DNA of 64,000 nucleotides from Desulfuromonadales bacterium (lineage in GTDB: Bacteria > Desulfobacterota > Desulfuromonadia > Desulfuromonadales > BM103): NCBI GenBank assembly GCA_023701265.1, contig JAMPXI010000001.1:12890-76889 (forward strand), given 5' to 3'. Positions 40,041 to 49,149 of this stretch are shown in pieces; position 1 is the stretch's first letter, and the number at the start of each line of letters is the position of its first letter. The translations under genes were made by a program, and so were the position numbers. Below the pieces are notes generated by a model. It was given only the letters and a program-made list of their open reading frames with translations, had not been told where the DNA came from and searched no databases.

Positions 40041-40778
40041 TTACATGTACATCCCGCCGTTGACCGCGAGAACCTGACCGGTGATGTAAGCGGAGGCGTC
40101 CGTTGCCAGGAAGACCACGGCATTGGCAATGTCATCGGCGGTGCCGAAACGTTCGAGAGGGATCTGCGCGGCCATGTCCTGTTTGACCTTGTCCGGGAGG
40201 GCCTCCGTCATTTCCGAAACGATGAAGCCCGGAGCGACTGCGTTGACGGTGATGTTGCGCTTGGCCAGTTCGCGGGCGTTGGAGCGGGTCAGGCCCATCA
40301 GTCCGGCCTTGCTGGCGCAGTAGTTGGCCTGGCCGGCGTTGCCCATCTGGCCGACCACCGAGGCGATATTGATGATCCGGCCGAAGCGCTGCTTGGTCAT
40401 CACCTTGGAAGCGGCGCGGGTACACAGGAACGCCCCCTTCAGATTGACTGTCAGCACGGCGTCCCAATCCTCATCCTTCATGCGCATCAGCAGGCCGTCA
40501 CGGGTGATGCCGGCATTGTTCACCAGGATATCGACCCGGCCATAGGCGGCAACAGCCTTTTCGATCATGTTCTCGGTATCGGCCGTGACGGTGACATTGC
40601 CTTCCACGGCAATTCCTTCGCTGCCAAGCGACTTGATTTCAGCGAGCAGTTCGTCCATCCCCTTGAGGGTGACGTCGACCGCCACGATTTTGGCCCCTTG
40701 ACGAGCCAGCGCGAGAGAGATGCTTTTGCCGATCCCCCTGGACGCTCCCGTGATCACGGCCACCTTATCCTTGAGCAT
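40041..40778 (-). CDS. fabG: 3-oxoacyl-ACP reductase
   Basis: Track ORF trimmed to ATG 40778 (MLKDKVAVITGASRGIG). It has the SDR catalytic YCASK and NAVAPGFI. Confidence 0.95.
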   Translation of the reverse strand: MLKDKVAVITGASRGIGKSISLALARQGAKIVAVDVTLKGMDELLAEIKSLGSEGIAVEGNVTVTADTENMIEKAVAAYGRVDILVNNAGITRDGLLMRMKDEDWDAVLTVNLKGAFLCTRAASKVMTKQRFGRIINIASVVGQMGNAGQANYCASKAGLMGLTRSNARELAKRNITVNAVAPGFIVSEMTEALPDKVKQDMAAQIPLERFGTADDIANAVVFLATDASAYITGQVLAVNGGMYM

Positions 40779-40827
40779 GCTGCTTCTCCTTGTGTCAGAT
40801 AGCACCGCTGCCGGCGCAGTCTCGCAT

Positions 40828-41745
40828 TCAGCGCAATCCGTCGATGCCGGCGGAGTTTTCGACGTTGGCAAGTTCCGCATCCTTGGCGATGCGTTTGACC
40901 AGACCGGCCAGAACCTTGCCGGGACCGATTTCAATATAGCGCGTCACCCCGAGTTCCGCCATTTTCTGTACCGATTCCTCCCAGCGTACCGGCGCGCAGA
41001 CTTGGCGAACCAACAGTTCGCGTACACAGGCGGCGTCCCGGTTCGGTGCCGCCTCGACGTTGCTGACCACCGGCAGCAGCATCGCTCCCGTGGAAATCCC
41101 GTCAAGCACCGTCTGGAGACGTTCAGCCGCAGGCTGCATCAGGGCGCAATGGAACGGTGCGCTCACCGGCAGCAGCATTGCCTTGCGATAACCGCGCCCC
41201 TTGGCAACCTCGATCGCCCGCGCCACCGCTCCGGCGTGTCCGGCAATGACGATCTGCCCGGGGGAGTTGAAGTTGGCTGGCGAAACCACTTCCCCCTGAG
41301 ACGCTTCGGCACAGATCGACACAAGTTCACCACGTTCGATGCCGAGCATCGCGGCCATGGCGCCGGTACCGACCGGTACCGCTTCCTGCATGAAAGTACC
41401 ACGCTGGCGCACCGTGCGCACGGCATCAGTGAAGGCCAGAGCGCCGGCACAGACCAATGCCGAGTATTCGCCCAGCGAGTGGCCGGCGGCGACTCCTGGC
41501 TGCAGGCCGGTTTCGGCCTGTAAAACCCGCAGTGCGGCAACGCTCATGGTTAGGATCGCCGGCTGGGTATTGGCCGTCAGCTTGAGGTCTTCTTCGGGTC
41601 CCTCGAAACAGAGTCTGGCCAGATCGAAACCGAGGGCCTCGTTGGCTTCGATAAACGTCTGACGGGCCACCGGGAAATTGTCGGCAAGATCCTTGCCCAT
41701 TCCGGCAAATTGGGATCCCTGCCCAGGAAAGATGAATGCCAGCAC
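40828..41745 (-). CDS. fabD: malonyl-CoA:ACP transacylase
   Basis: 305-aa ORF starting FIFPGQGSQ, with the nucleophile elbow GHSLGEYSA. Confidence 0.93.
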   Translation of the reverse strand: MLAFIFPGQGSQFAGMGKDLADNFPVARQTFIEANEALGFDLARLCFEGPEEDLKLTANTQPAILTMSVAALRVLQAETGLQPGVAAGHSLGEYSALVCAGALAFTDAVRTVRQRGTFMQEAVPVGTGAMAAMLGIERGELVSICAEASQGEVVSPANFNSPGQIVIAGHAGAVARAIEVAKGRGYRKAMLLPVSAPFHCALMQPAAERLQTVLDGISTGAMLLPVVSNVEAAPNRDAACVRELLVRQVCAPVRWEESVQKMAELGVTRYIEIGPGKVLAGLVKRIAKDAELANVENSAGIDGLR

Positions 41746-41758
41746 CTGCTATTCCCCC

Positions 41759-42739
41759 TTACCAGCGCACCAGCGCCGAAGCCCAGGTGAAACCGCCGCC
41801 GAAAGCGTCCAGCAACAGGATATCGCCTTCCTTGAGACGCCCGGCGCGGTTGACCTCGTCAAGGGCAATCGGAATGGTTGCAGCGGAGGTGTTGCCGTAA
41901 CGGTCGACGTTGACGTAAACCTGGTCATCTCTCAGACCAATGCGCTTGGCGGCTGCGTCAAGAATGCGGATATTGGCCTGATGAGGGATGAACAGGTCGA
42001 TGTCTTCGGTTGTCATGCCGTTGGCATCCAGGGCAATCTTGGCAACTTCCGCCATGGAGCGTACAGCCACCTTAAAGACTTCGTTCCCCTGCATTTTTAC
42101 AAAATGATCCCCGCGGGCAATGCCTTCGACCGAGGGGGTGTTCCTGGTACCGAAACCGGGCTGATAAAGCAGTTCCAGTTGCGAGCCGTCGGCATAAAGA
42201 TGAGTCGACAACACGCCGCGGTCCCCTTCGCAGGCTTCAAGGACCACGGCTCCGGCACCGTCGCCAAACAGGACGCAGGTGTTGCGATCGGTCCAGTCAA
42301 CAATCCGGGAGAAAACTTCAGCGCCAATGACCAGCACCTTGCGGGCATTGCCGGCGGCGATCCGGTCGCACCCCATGGCAAGGGCATACAAAAAACCACT
42401 GCAGGCAGCGGACAGATCGAAAGCCCCGGCATTGGTTGCCCCGAGATTGCTCTGCACGATACAGGCGGTCGCCGGCCAGGGGTAATCGCCGGTAATCGTG
42501 CCGACGATGATCAGGTCGAGGTCAGTCGGAGCAACTCCGGCCATCTCCAAGGCTCGCCGGGCAGCCTCGGTCGCCAGATCGGAGGTGTTCTCCCCTTCGA
42601 CGACCAGGTGGCGTTCAACAATGCCGGTACGGGTGCGAATCCACTCGTCATTCGTATCAAGAGTTTTTTCAAGATCAAAATTGGTGACAACCTTTGCCGG
42701 AGCGTACGATCCGGTTCCAGTAATACGCGCTCGAATCAA
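41759..42739 (-). CDS. fabH: beta-ketoacyl-ACP synthase III
   Basis: 326-aa ORF with active-site AACSGF, HQANIRI and the GGGFTW C-terminal region. Confidence 0.95.
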   Translation of the reverse strand: MIRARITGTGSYAPAKVVTNFDLEKTLDTNDEWIRTRTGIVERHLVVEGENTSDLATEAARRALEMAGVAPTDLDLIIVGTITGDYPWPATACIVQSNLGATNAGAFDLSAACSGFLYALAMGCDRIAAGNARKVLVIGAEVFSRIVDWTDRNTCVLFGDGAGAVVLEACEGDRGVLSTHLYADGSQLELLYQPGFGTRNTPSVEGIARGDHFVKMQGNEVFKVAVRSMAEVAKIALDANGMTTEDIDLFIPHQANIRILDAAAKRIGLRDDQVYVNVDRYGNTSAATIPIALDEVNRAGRLKEGDILLLDAFGGGFTWASALVRW

Positions 42740-43809
42740 GATAAAGCTCCTTGCCGCAGTTCTTCTGCGACGCCAGTGCCCTCGGTCGTTTGAGAGGGGT
42801 TCAGGTCGGAGATTTCGACCAACCGCCTGATCAACTGCTCGTTGACCTGCCGGGCTTCAAATTCGTGAGCCAGGCGAATGGCATTCATAACGGCACGGGC
42901 ACTCGACTTGCCGTGACAAATCATGCCGGTACCCTGAATGCCAAGCAGCGGTGCTCCGCCATATTCAGCATAGTCGACTTTTTTGCGGAACCCCAGGAAT
43001 GCCGGCCGTGCCAGCAGATAACCAAGACGGGAGAGCCACCGGCTGCCGAACTCAGCCTTGAGCATCTTACCCATGGCATCGGCCAAACCTTCGGAAACCT
43101 TGAGCACCACGTTGCCGACAAAGCCGTCGCAGACCACGACGTCGACCGTTCCATTATAAATGTCTCTACCTTCAATATAACCCAAGTAGTTCAACGGCGA
43201 CCGAGAAAGAATCCTGTGGGTCTCGCGGGTCAGGTCGTTTCCTTTGCTCTCCTCTTCACCGTTGGAGAGCACGCCCACCCGGGGTCGCTCCTTACCGAAC
43301 ATCTGCTGCATGTAGACGCTTCCCATGAGAGCGAACTGGGCAAGATGCAGCGCTTTGCAGTCGACGTTACCGCCGACATCCAGCACGAGGGTCTGGTCCT
43401 TGAGGTTGGGCACGACCGTGGCAATGGCCGGACGATCGATCCCGGGAATCCGCTTGAGGACGAACATGCCGGCAGCCATCGTCGCTCCCGAGTTGCCGGT
43501 GCTGACGACAGCCGAGGCCTGCCCGTCCCTCACCAGGTCGAAAGCGACCCGGATCGAGGAATCCTTCTTCTTACGGACTGCATCGGAGGCTGAATCGTGC
43601 ATTCCCACCACTTCGCTGGCATGCCGGATGGAAATATCCAACCCGACACAGCGATGAGTGGCAAGTTCGGCCTCGATGCGCGCCTGTTGACCAACCAGGA
43701 CGACAGGGATGCGCCACTCACGCGCCGCCATGACGGCACCGGCAACTTCCGGCCCCGGGGCGTGGTCTCCCCCCATGGCGTCGACGGCGACGATGATGCG
43801 TTTGTTCAA
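42736..43809 (-). CDS. plsX: phosphate acyltransferase PlsX
   Basis: 357-aa ORF with [12 protein letters not shown] and [10 protein letters not shown]. It overlaps fabH by 4 nt. Confidence 0.93.
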   Translation of the reverse strand: MNKRIIVAVDAMGGDHAPGPEVAGAVMAAREWRIPVVLVGQQARIEAELATHRCVGLDISIRHASEVVGMHDSASDAVRKKKDSSIRVAFDLVRDGQASAVVSTGNSGATMAAGMFVLKRIPGIDRPAIATVVPNLKDQTLVLDVGGNVDCKALHLAQFALMGSVYMQQMFGKERPRVGVLSNGEEESKGNDLTRETHRILSRSPLNYLGYIEGRDIYNGTVDVVVCDGFVGNVVLKVSEGLADAMGKMLKAEFGSRWLSRLGYLLARPAFLGFRKKVDYAEYGGAPLLGIQGTGMICHGKSSARAVMNAIRLAHEFEARQVNEQLIRRLVEISDLNPSQTTEGTGVAEELRQGALS

Positions 43810-43821
43810 CCGGAGCGTTCC

Positions 43822-44001
43822 TTACTTGTCCGTCGGGCGGACTTCCTTGCCCTTGTAGGTTCCGCAGGCAGGGCAGGCACGATGCGGCTGCTTGGGTTCC
43901 TTGCACTGCGGGCAGATCGAGACGCCCGGTGCCTGCAGAGAATCGTGGGCGCGACGCATATCACGTTTCGACTTGGAAGTTTTCTTCTTAGGAACTGCCA
44001 T
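43822..44001 (-). CDS. rpmF: 50S ribosomal protein L32
   Basis: Track ORF trimmed to ATG 44001. It starts [20 protein letters not shown] and carries the zinc ribbon CPQC...CPAC. Confidence 0.93.
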   Translation of the reverse strand: MAVPKKKTSKSKRDMRRAHDSLQAPGVSICPQCKEPKQPHRACPACGTYKGKEVRPTDK

Positions 44002-44078
44002 GACCGTCCATTCTCCCTGGGCCGGTTCCAGACCGGCCATCGTATTTAGATCGTGCTGCATGGGGGCGAACCCCACGA

Positions 44079-44624
44079 TTATTCCTTTGTGACCTTGAAA
44101 CCCTTGAGTGCGGACAACCCGCCGTTAAACACCGGGGGGGGGCAATCGCAACGGTTGCGATTCAGGTTCGCACCACACACCGGGCAGAGCCCTGCACAAT
44201 CATCAGCACAGAGTGGATGCTGCGGGAGTCCCATCAGCAATTCCTGCTCGAGGGAGGAACGCAGATCGATAGTATCTCCCTCAAACGGAATCAGACCGAC
44301 TTCCTCCTCGGTCAGCTCTCTTTCTTCGCCCGTTCCCGCTTCGGACATTTTTTGCCGGGTGAACGCAAGGGCTATCCGTAAATCGAGCTGCTGCTCCGCA
44401 GGCTGCAGACACCGGCTGCAGGGGATCACAACCGTGCAAGCCAAGCTACCCTCAACCTCGACCAGTGTTCCCACCAAGGTGGCAACCAGGTCCGTGCTGA
44501 TGTCGCCGTGAAATCCGACCTCTCCACGCTCAACCAGTTCACGTAGAACCGGAAATTTCTCGACCGGCTCCGCAAAGACCAGTTTGCGCGGCCGAATCTT
44601 TAAGTTGTCGATCCGTATTTCCAT
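44079..44624 (-). CDS. yceD: YceD (DUF177) ribosome-maturation protein
   Basis: Track ORF trimmed to ATG 44624. The C-terminal Cys cluster is [17 protein letters not shown]...CDC. It occupies the conserved position upstream of rpmF. Confidence 0.8.
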   Translation of the reverse strand: MEIRIDNLKIRPRKLVFAEPVEKFPVLRELVERGEVGFHGDISTDLVATLVGTLVEVEGSLACTVVIPCSRCLQPAEQQLDLRIALAFTRQKMSEAGTGEERELTEEEVGLIPFEGDTIDLRSSLEQELLMGLPQHPLCADDCAGLCPVCGANLNRNRCDCPPPVFNGGLSALKGFKVTKE

Positions 44625-44845
44625 GTCTCGTTGGGCGCTCCTGCAACAGAGTCGGCATGCGGTAATATCCACTCCGTAAGGCTCTGTCAAGGGAAAACCA
44701 CAGACCCTGGGGGCGCACCGAGAACCTTGTATTAGCCTATCGGCCGTAAATTTGCAAGACCATAATCTTCGTGCAATTTGCCCCGTTGCATTCGTAAAAA
44801 AGCTGCGGTAGAAGAGCCCATCAACCCCATTGGAGTACCCTGTCT

Positions 44846-45550
44846 ATGCCCGGTCGCGACCCCTGTCAGACTCTCAGTGAATTGCTGACCACAATGCGTG
44901 CCCTGCGTGCTCCGGGTGGATGTCCCTGGGATGCCGGCCAGACCCCGGAGAGTCTGGCGCCGTATATCCTGGAAGAAGCCTGCGAGTCGGTTGAAGCAAT
45001 CGAAACCGGAACGCCGGCGAAGATTGCCGATGAGCTGGGCGATTTGCTGCTACAGATTGTGTTTCAGTCGCAAATTTTCGCCGAACGCGGCGACTTCGAC
45101 TTTGCCGACGTCGCCGCGGGGATCAACGCGAAGCTGGTGCGCCGGCATCCGCATGTCTTTGTCGAAACCGGTGCATGCGTGACAGCCGAGGAACTGGCCA
45201 GACAATGGGAGCGTATCAAACGCGAGGAGCAGTCCGGCCATCCGCCGTCACCCCCGCATCCACTCGGACAACTCCCCGGCAACCTGCCGGCGTTGCAGCG
45301 TGCCCAGAAGCTGATGGCCAGAGCAATGCGTACGGGGGTGGACAAGGAACAACCCTTCCCGCAGCTATCGGCCGAGCGGCAGCTGTCCGAGGACGAGCTT
45401 GGAAAGGCCCTCCTGCTTCTGGCCAAGCAAGCCGAGCTCAGCGGTCTGGATGCCGAGCAAGCCTTGCGCCGACTCGTCCGCAAGATCCTCGCTGCCACCG
45501 ATGCAAATCCTGCCCGGAATGGCCAGGAGAATGTGAGTTCCGACCAATGA
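44846..45550 (+). CDS. mazG: nucleoside triphosphate pyrophosphohydrolase MazG
   Basis: 234-aa ORF. LRAPGGCPWDAGQT...ILEEACESVEAIE...DELGDLLLQIVFQSQI is the MazG signature. Confidence 0.85.
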   Translation: MPGRDPCQTLSELLTTMRALRAPGGCPWDAGQTPESLAPYILEEACESVEAIETGTPAKIADELGDLLLQIVFQSQIFAERGDFDFADVAAGINAKLVRRHPHVFVETGACVTAEELARQWERIKREEQSGHPPSPPHPLGQLPGNLPALQRAQKLMARAMRTGVDKEQPFPQLSAERQLSEDELGKALLLLAKQAELSGLDAEQALRRLVRKILAATDANPARNGQENVSSDQ

Positions 45551-45607
45551 AAATCCTGTCTGCAAACCGTCGAAAACTAAAAAAGTACGATGTTTCAACG
45601 ACCTTCC

Positions 45608-45657
45608 CAGCTTGTCCACGAAAGATGTGGACAAGCTGTGGAAAAGTATGTTCACAA
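45608..45657. other. 12-bp perfect hairpin carrying DnaA-box-like 9-mers, followed by phased TGTG boxes
   Basis: The hairpin is CAGCTTGTCCAC-GAAAGAT-GTGGACAAGCTG (45608-45638). The boxes are TGTGGACAA (45626), TGTGGAAAA (45637) and TGTTCACAA (45649). They match 8/9, 8/9 and 6/9 to the reverse DnaA box TGTGGATAA and are spaced 11-12 bp apart. Confidence 0.5.
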
Positions 45658-45788
45658 TCTTTTCGCCTGAGCGGCATTCGACACCTTCAACAGACTGCCC
45701 ATATTTTAGGCATATAATAGTTTCAATGATTACAGCATGTTATCTCAATGAAAACCGATAGTGATGAGGAAATTGTGTTTAACCGACA

Positions 45789-45870
45789 ATCTGACAAACA
45801 TCTGACACTGAATGCTGAGGGCACGTGTTCATAAGACTGGTGATTCTGTTGATTTTGCTGCCGATTCTGT
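45789..45870. repeat. iteron-like short direct repeats in an AT-rich spacer
   Basis: ATCTGACA occurs twice, at 45789 and 45800 (11-bp period). GATTCTGT occurs twice, at 45842 and 45863 (21-bp period). Confidence 0.45.
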
Positions 45871-45935
45871 AAATAATATGTGCTCATCGAAAGTGGTCGG
45901 CTCATCGGTGCATGGCCAACCGTCTTTGACAAAAT

Positions 45936-45961
45936 AAAAGGGCGGCAGCTGCCGCCCTTTT
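45936..45961. terminator. bidirectional intrinsic terminator (serves htpG)
   Basis: AAAAGGGCGGC-AGCT-GCCGCCCTTTT is a perfect palindrome with A and T tracts on both sides. It lies 8 nt downstream of the htpG stop. Confidence 0.85.
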
Positions 45962-45968
45962 ACCTCCT

Positions 45969-47831
45969 TCAAGCTTTTCCGTCCTCCGGACCGATGCGGG
46001 CCAGCAATTGGCTGCTCCGTTCCAGGAAACGCTCCATCCGCTCCCGATCAAAGGCCTGACAGGAGAGCATGGCAAGATCGTAAACCTGCGCCACCAGTTG
46101 ATCCACATCAGCCATACGCCCTTGTTTATGAAAAGCGATCAGATTGCGGATCACCGGATTGGCGGTGTTGATCAACAACGTACGTCCCTGGCCGTCGCTG
46201 TCCGGACCGTGCCCGAGGAAGCGCGCCATCTCCTGCAGCCGCCGCCCCTGCTCGCTGGTCAGCAGCATGGCCGGCACCGATTCGTCCTTGAGACTCTCCA
46301 CCTTCACCTCAAGCTTTTCCCCGGCAAGCTTTTCCGCAAACAAATCGCGTAGCTGCTCGTTGCGGCTTTTGCCATCGTCACCGGCAACCAGTTCGCCGGC
46401 CGGATCCTGTTCGATCAGATTGTCAGTGACATCAGCATCGACCCGCTTGAATTTCACCCCCTGATGCTTGTATTCGAGGAACTGCAGGAAATGAGCATCA
46501 ATCGGCGCATCGAGAACAATCGCTTCGATCCCCTGGGCGCGGAGCAAGCGCAGATAGGTCGCCTGAGCAGCTTCGCTGGTGGTGTAGTAAACCTGACCGG
46601 CATGCCGGTCGCGGGCCCGCTCCAGGTATTCGGCCAGTGTTGTCCACTCCTGCTTGCCTGCCAACAGAAAGATGACATGCTCGCGGAGCTTCTCGAAGAA
46701 CTTGTCGTCACGCATCATGCCGAATTTGATAAAGGCTGAGATATTCTTCCAGATTTCACTGAAAGCGGCGCGGTCGGACTTGGCGAGATCGACCAGTTTG
46801 CCGGCAACACGACCGGCAACCACCTCCTGAATCTTGCGCACCTGCGGCTCGTTCTGCAGCATGCTGCGCGAGACATTGAGCGGTAGATCGGGAGCATCGA
46901 GACACCCCTGCAGCGGCACCAGAAATTCGGGGATCAGTTCCGGGCAGTTGTCGGTGACGAACACCTGATTGCAGAACAGCTTGATATGGCTCTCGGCGGC
47001 GGCGAACTCGGTGGAAAGTCGCGGGAAATACAGGATGCCCTTCAAGTTGAAGGGATAATCGATATTCAGGTGAATCCAGAACAGCGGCGGATCGGCCAAC
47101 GGATAAAGCTTGCGGTAGAAAGCCTGATAGTCCTCATCGCCGGTTTCGCCGGGGGGGCGGGTCCACAGGGGAGCGCTGTCGTTGACCGTTTCGCCGGCAA
47201 GGCGGATCGCCACCGGCAGATACCCGCAGTAACGGGCCAGCACCTGGCGAACCCTCACCGGATCGAGAAATTCGCGTTCATCGTCGGTAAGATGCAGGAT
47301 CACTTCGGTGCCGCGCTGCGCCAGCTCGATCTCCTCAAGGGTGTAACTGGTGGTGCCGTCACAGCGCCAATGTACCCCCATTGAGCCTTCGCGGTAACTG
47401 CGCGTACGGATTTCGACAGTGCCGGCGACCATGAAGGCTGAATAGAAGCCCAGACCGAAGTGACCGATGATCTGGCTCTGCTCTTTGAGGTCCTTGTACT
47501 TCTCCAGGAACTCCTCCGCCGATGAAAACGCGATCTGGTTGATGTAACGCCTTACTTCGTCGGCATCCATGCCGATGCCGTTGTCTCGAACCGCCAGGGT
47601 ACCGGCTTCGGCATCGATGGCCACCTCTACCGAATATTCTTCGGCCAGTTGCAAGCCCTCCACCAGATTGACATGTTGCAGCTTGCGAATGGCATCGACT
47701 CCGTTGGAAACCAGTTCGCGGAGAAAGATCTCCTTGTCGCTGTAAAGCCATTTTTTGATGATCGGGAAGATGTTCTCAGTGTGAATCGAGATGGTCCCCT
47801 GTTCGGCACTGCCCTTTTTCTTTCTTGCCAT
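45969..47831 (-). CDS. htpG: molecular chaperone HtpG (Hsp90)
   Basis: Track ORF trimmed to ATG 47831, preceded by GGAGG. Motifs are FLRELVSNGVDA, GHFGLGFYSAFMV and NVSRSMLQ. Confidence 0.95.
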   Translation of the reverse strand: MARKKKGSAEQGTISIHTENIFPIIKKWLYSDKEIFLRELVSNGVDAIRKLQHVNLVEGLQLAEEYSVEVAIDAEAGTLAVRDNGIGMDADEVRRYINQIAFSSAEEFLEKYKDLKEQSQIIGHFGLGFYSAFMVAGTVEIRTRSYREGSMGVHWRCDGTTSYTLEEIELAQRGTEVILHLTDDEREFLDPVRVRQVLARYCGYLPVAIRLAGETVNDSAPLWTRPPGETGDEDYQAFYRKLYPLADPPLFWIHLNIDYPFNLKGILYFPRLSTEFAAAESHIKLFCNQVFVTDNCPELIPEFLVPLQGCLDAPDLPLNVSRSMLQNEPQVRKIQEVVAGRVAGKLVDLAKSDRAAFSEIWKNISAFIKFGMMRDDKFFEKLREHVIFLLAGKQEWTTLAEYLERARDRHAGQVYYTTSEAAQATYLRLLRAQGIEAIVLDAPIDAHFLQFLEYKHQGVKFKRVDADVTDNLIEQDPAGELVAGDDGKSRNEQLRDLFAEKLAGEKLEVKVESLKDESVPAMLLTSEQGRRLQEMARFLGHGPDSDGQGRTLLINTANPVIRNLIAFHKQGRMADVDQLVAQVYDLAMLSCQAFDRERMERFLERSSQLLARIGPEDGKA

Positions 47832-47971
47832 TATCCAAGCCTCCGGACTTTGTGATCTGCGACTGCGCATGGTGGAAGATAGTCACCGCATGCGCTCTCG
47901 TCAACCCTTGCGTCGCCTGCGCGTACAGTCTCTATAAATTGACCTCAACCCAACGAAACAGCAACTTCAGA

Positions 47972-47985
47972 CACAATATATTGTG
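47972..47985. promoter_or_regulatory. 14-bp perfect palindrome in the htpG / bax-like divergent region
   Basis: CACAATA|TATTGTG. It is AT-rich in a GC-rich genome, 140 nt upstream of htpG and 60 nt upstream of the plus-strand gene. Confidence 0.35.
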
Positions 47986-48006
47986 GCGACGTAATGCGGT
48001 TCCACT

Positions 48007-48030
48007 ATGGGGTGTACAGATTTCTTCTTG
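48007..48030 (-). promoter_or_regulatory. possible sigma32 (RpoH)-type heat-shock promoter of htpG
   Basis: The minus strand reads CAAGAA-N12-CCCCATAG. The -10 matches the RpoH CCCCATnT consensus. The -35 matches only 4/6 of TTGAAA and the spacing is slightly short. Confidence 0.25.
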
Positions 48031-48045
48031 ACATCGTAACATTTC

Positions 48046-49149
48046 ATGGTTGACTTGGCAAAATTCCTTATGTTAAGGTCCGCGCCGATGTTGCAGCAGA
48101 CCAGTCACACAAAATGCCGTCCCTTCGCGGGGTTACAACTCTGGTTAACCGGAATCGTCTTGATCTCCGGGTTTCTGTTGGCCGGTTGCCAGCAGTCGGC
48201 TCCCCTCGCCCCCTCCCAAGTATCGACAGCCACTTCGACAGCGATCGTCCAGGTCATCGAGCCGGACGATATTGAAACCCTGCAAAAGCATTTCAAGTCA
48301 AACAGTTACAGCTGGGACAACCTGGATTCCGGTGTGCCGCCGCTCATTGTGACGCGCTTCCCCGAGGATCTTGGCCATCACCTGAAGCCGGAAGAGAAAA
48401 AACAGACATTCCTGCTCAGCCTGTTGCCGATGGTCCTGCTGGCCAACCAGGCAATCGAAGCCGAACGCGAAGAAATCCAGACGCTGTTCACCCGCCATGA
48501 TCACAAGGGGTTATTGTCGGCAGAGGAGCAGAAGCGTCTTCAGGAAATGGCCGAATATTATAAGCTGCAGGGTGATCCGGTGACCGATCGCCGCGCTCGC
48601 GCCCTGTTGCTGCACCGGGTCGATATCCTGCCGCCATCGCTGGTTCTGGCCCAGGCCGCCGCCGAATCGGGGTGGGGCACTTCGCGCTTCGCCCGCGAGG
48701 GGAACAACCTGTTCGGGCAGCGCACCTATCGCACCGGCAACGGCATCGTCCCGGCCAACCGCCCCACAGGGGAAACCCACGAGGTCAAGCGGTTCGGCAA
48801 CCTGTTCGACTCGGTACGCAGCTACATGCGCAACCTCAACACTCACAATGCCTACCGTGAGTTTCGCGAACTGCGCGCCAAACTGCGGCGTAGCGACCGG
48901 CCGCTCAATGGCGTCATACTGGCTTCCGGGCTCGACGCCTATTCAACCCGTAACGGCGATTATATCGATGACGTACGGGTCATCATCCGCACCAACGATC
49001 TGTCACGCACCAACCAGGCATTTCTGCGCGCCACCGCACCCTCTTCCACATCTTCCTTCATCCCGACCATGGCGGAACTCCTTGCCAGCAAGGCCGAGGC
49101 CGCGGAGCTTCCCGCCAGAAACCCATCAGCGCTTTGGGCGAACCCATAG
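48046..49149 (+). CDS. Bax-like glucosaminidase-domain lipoprotein
   Basis: 367-aa ORF with lipobox FLLAGC. PSLVLAQAAAESGWGTSRFAREGNNLFGQ is the mannosyl-glycoprotein endo-beta-N-acetylglucosaminidase (FlgJ/Bax) signature. Confidence 0.7.
   Translation: MVDLAKFLMLRSAPMLQQTSHTKCRPFAGLQLWLTGIVLISGFLLAGCQQSAPLAPSQVSTATSTAIVQVIEPDDIETLQKHFKSNSYSWDNLDSGVPPLIVTRFPEDLGHHLKPEEKKQTFLLSLLPMVLLANQAIEAEREEIQTLFTRHDHKGLLSAEEQKRLQEMAEYYKLQGDPVTDRRARALLLHRVDILPPSLVLAQAAAESGWGTSRFAREGNNLFGQRTYRTGNGIVPANRPTGETHEVKRFGNLFDSVRSYMRNLNTHNAYREFRELRAKLRRSDRPLNGVILASGLDAYSTRNGDYIDDVRVIIRTNDLSRTNQAFLRATAPSSTSSFIPTMAELLASKAEAAELPARNPSALWANP

Noticed and set aside
45547-45717. 56-aa ORF (MKILSANRRKLKKYDV...) starting in an ATGA overlap with the mazG stop. 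Also the 69-aa minus ORF at 45723..45932.
   Set aside because: Neither has an SD. Both have AT-rich codon usage unlike every confident gene in the window, and no recognisable domain. The ORFs simply traverse the AT-rich spacer and the hairpin. Ribosome profiling could overturn this rejection.
45551-45968. Chromosomal replication origin (oriC) or terminus (dif) in the AT-rich DnaA-box region
   Set aside because: Gene orientation does not switch here, since genes on both sides are predominantly minus-strand. No dnaA, dnaN, gid or par genes are nearby. The boxes are imperfect. No match to the XerC/D dif core (the TTATGTTAAAT arm) was found. I keep the region as an origin-like or titration-like oddity, not as oriC or dif.
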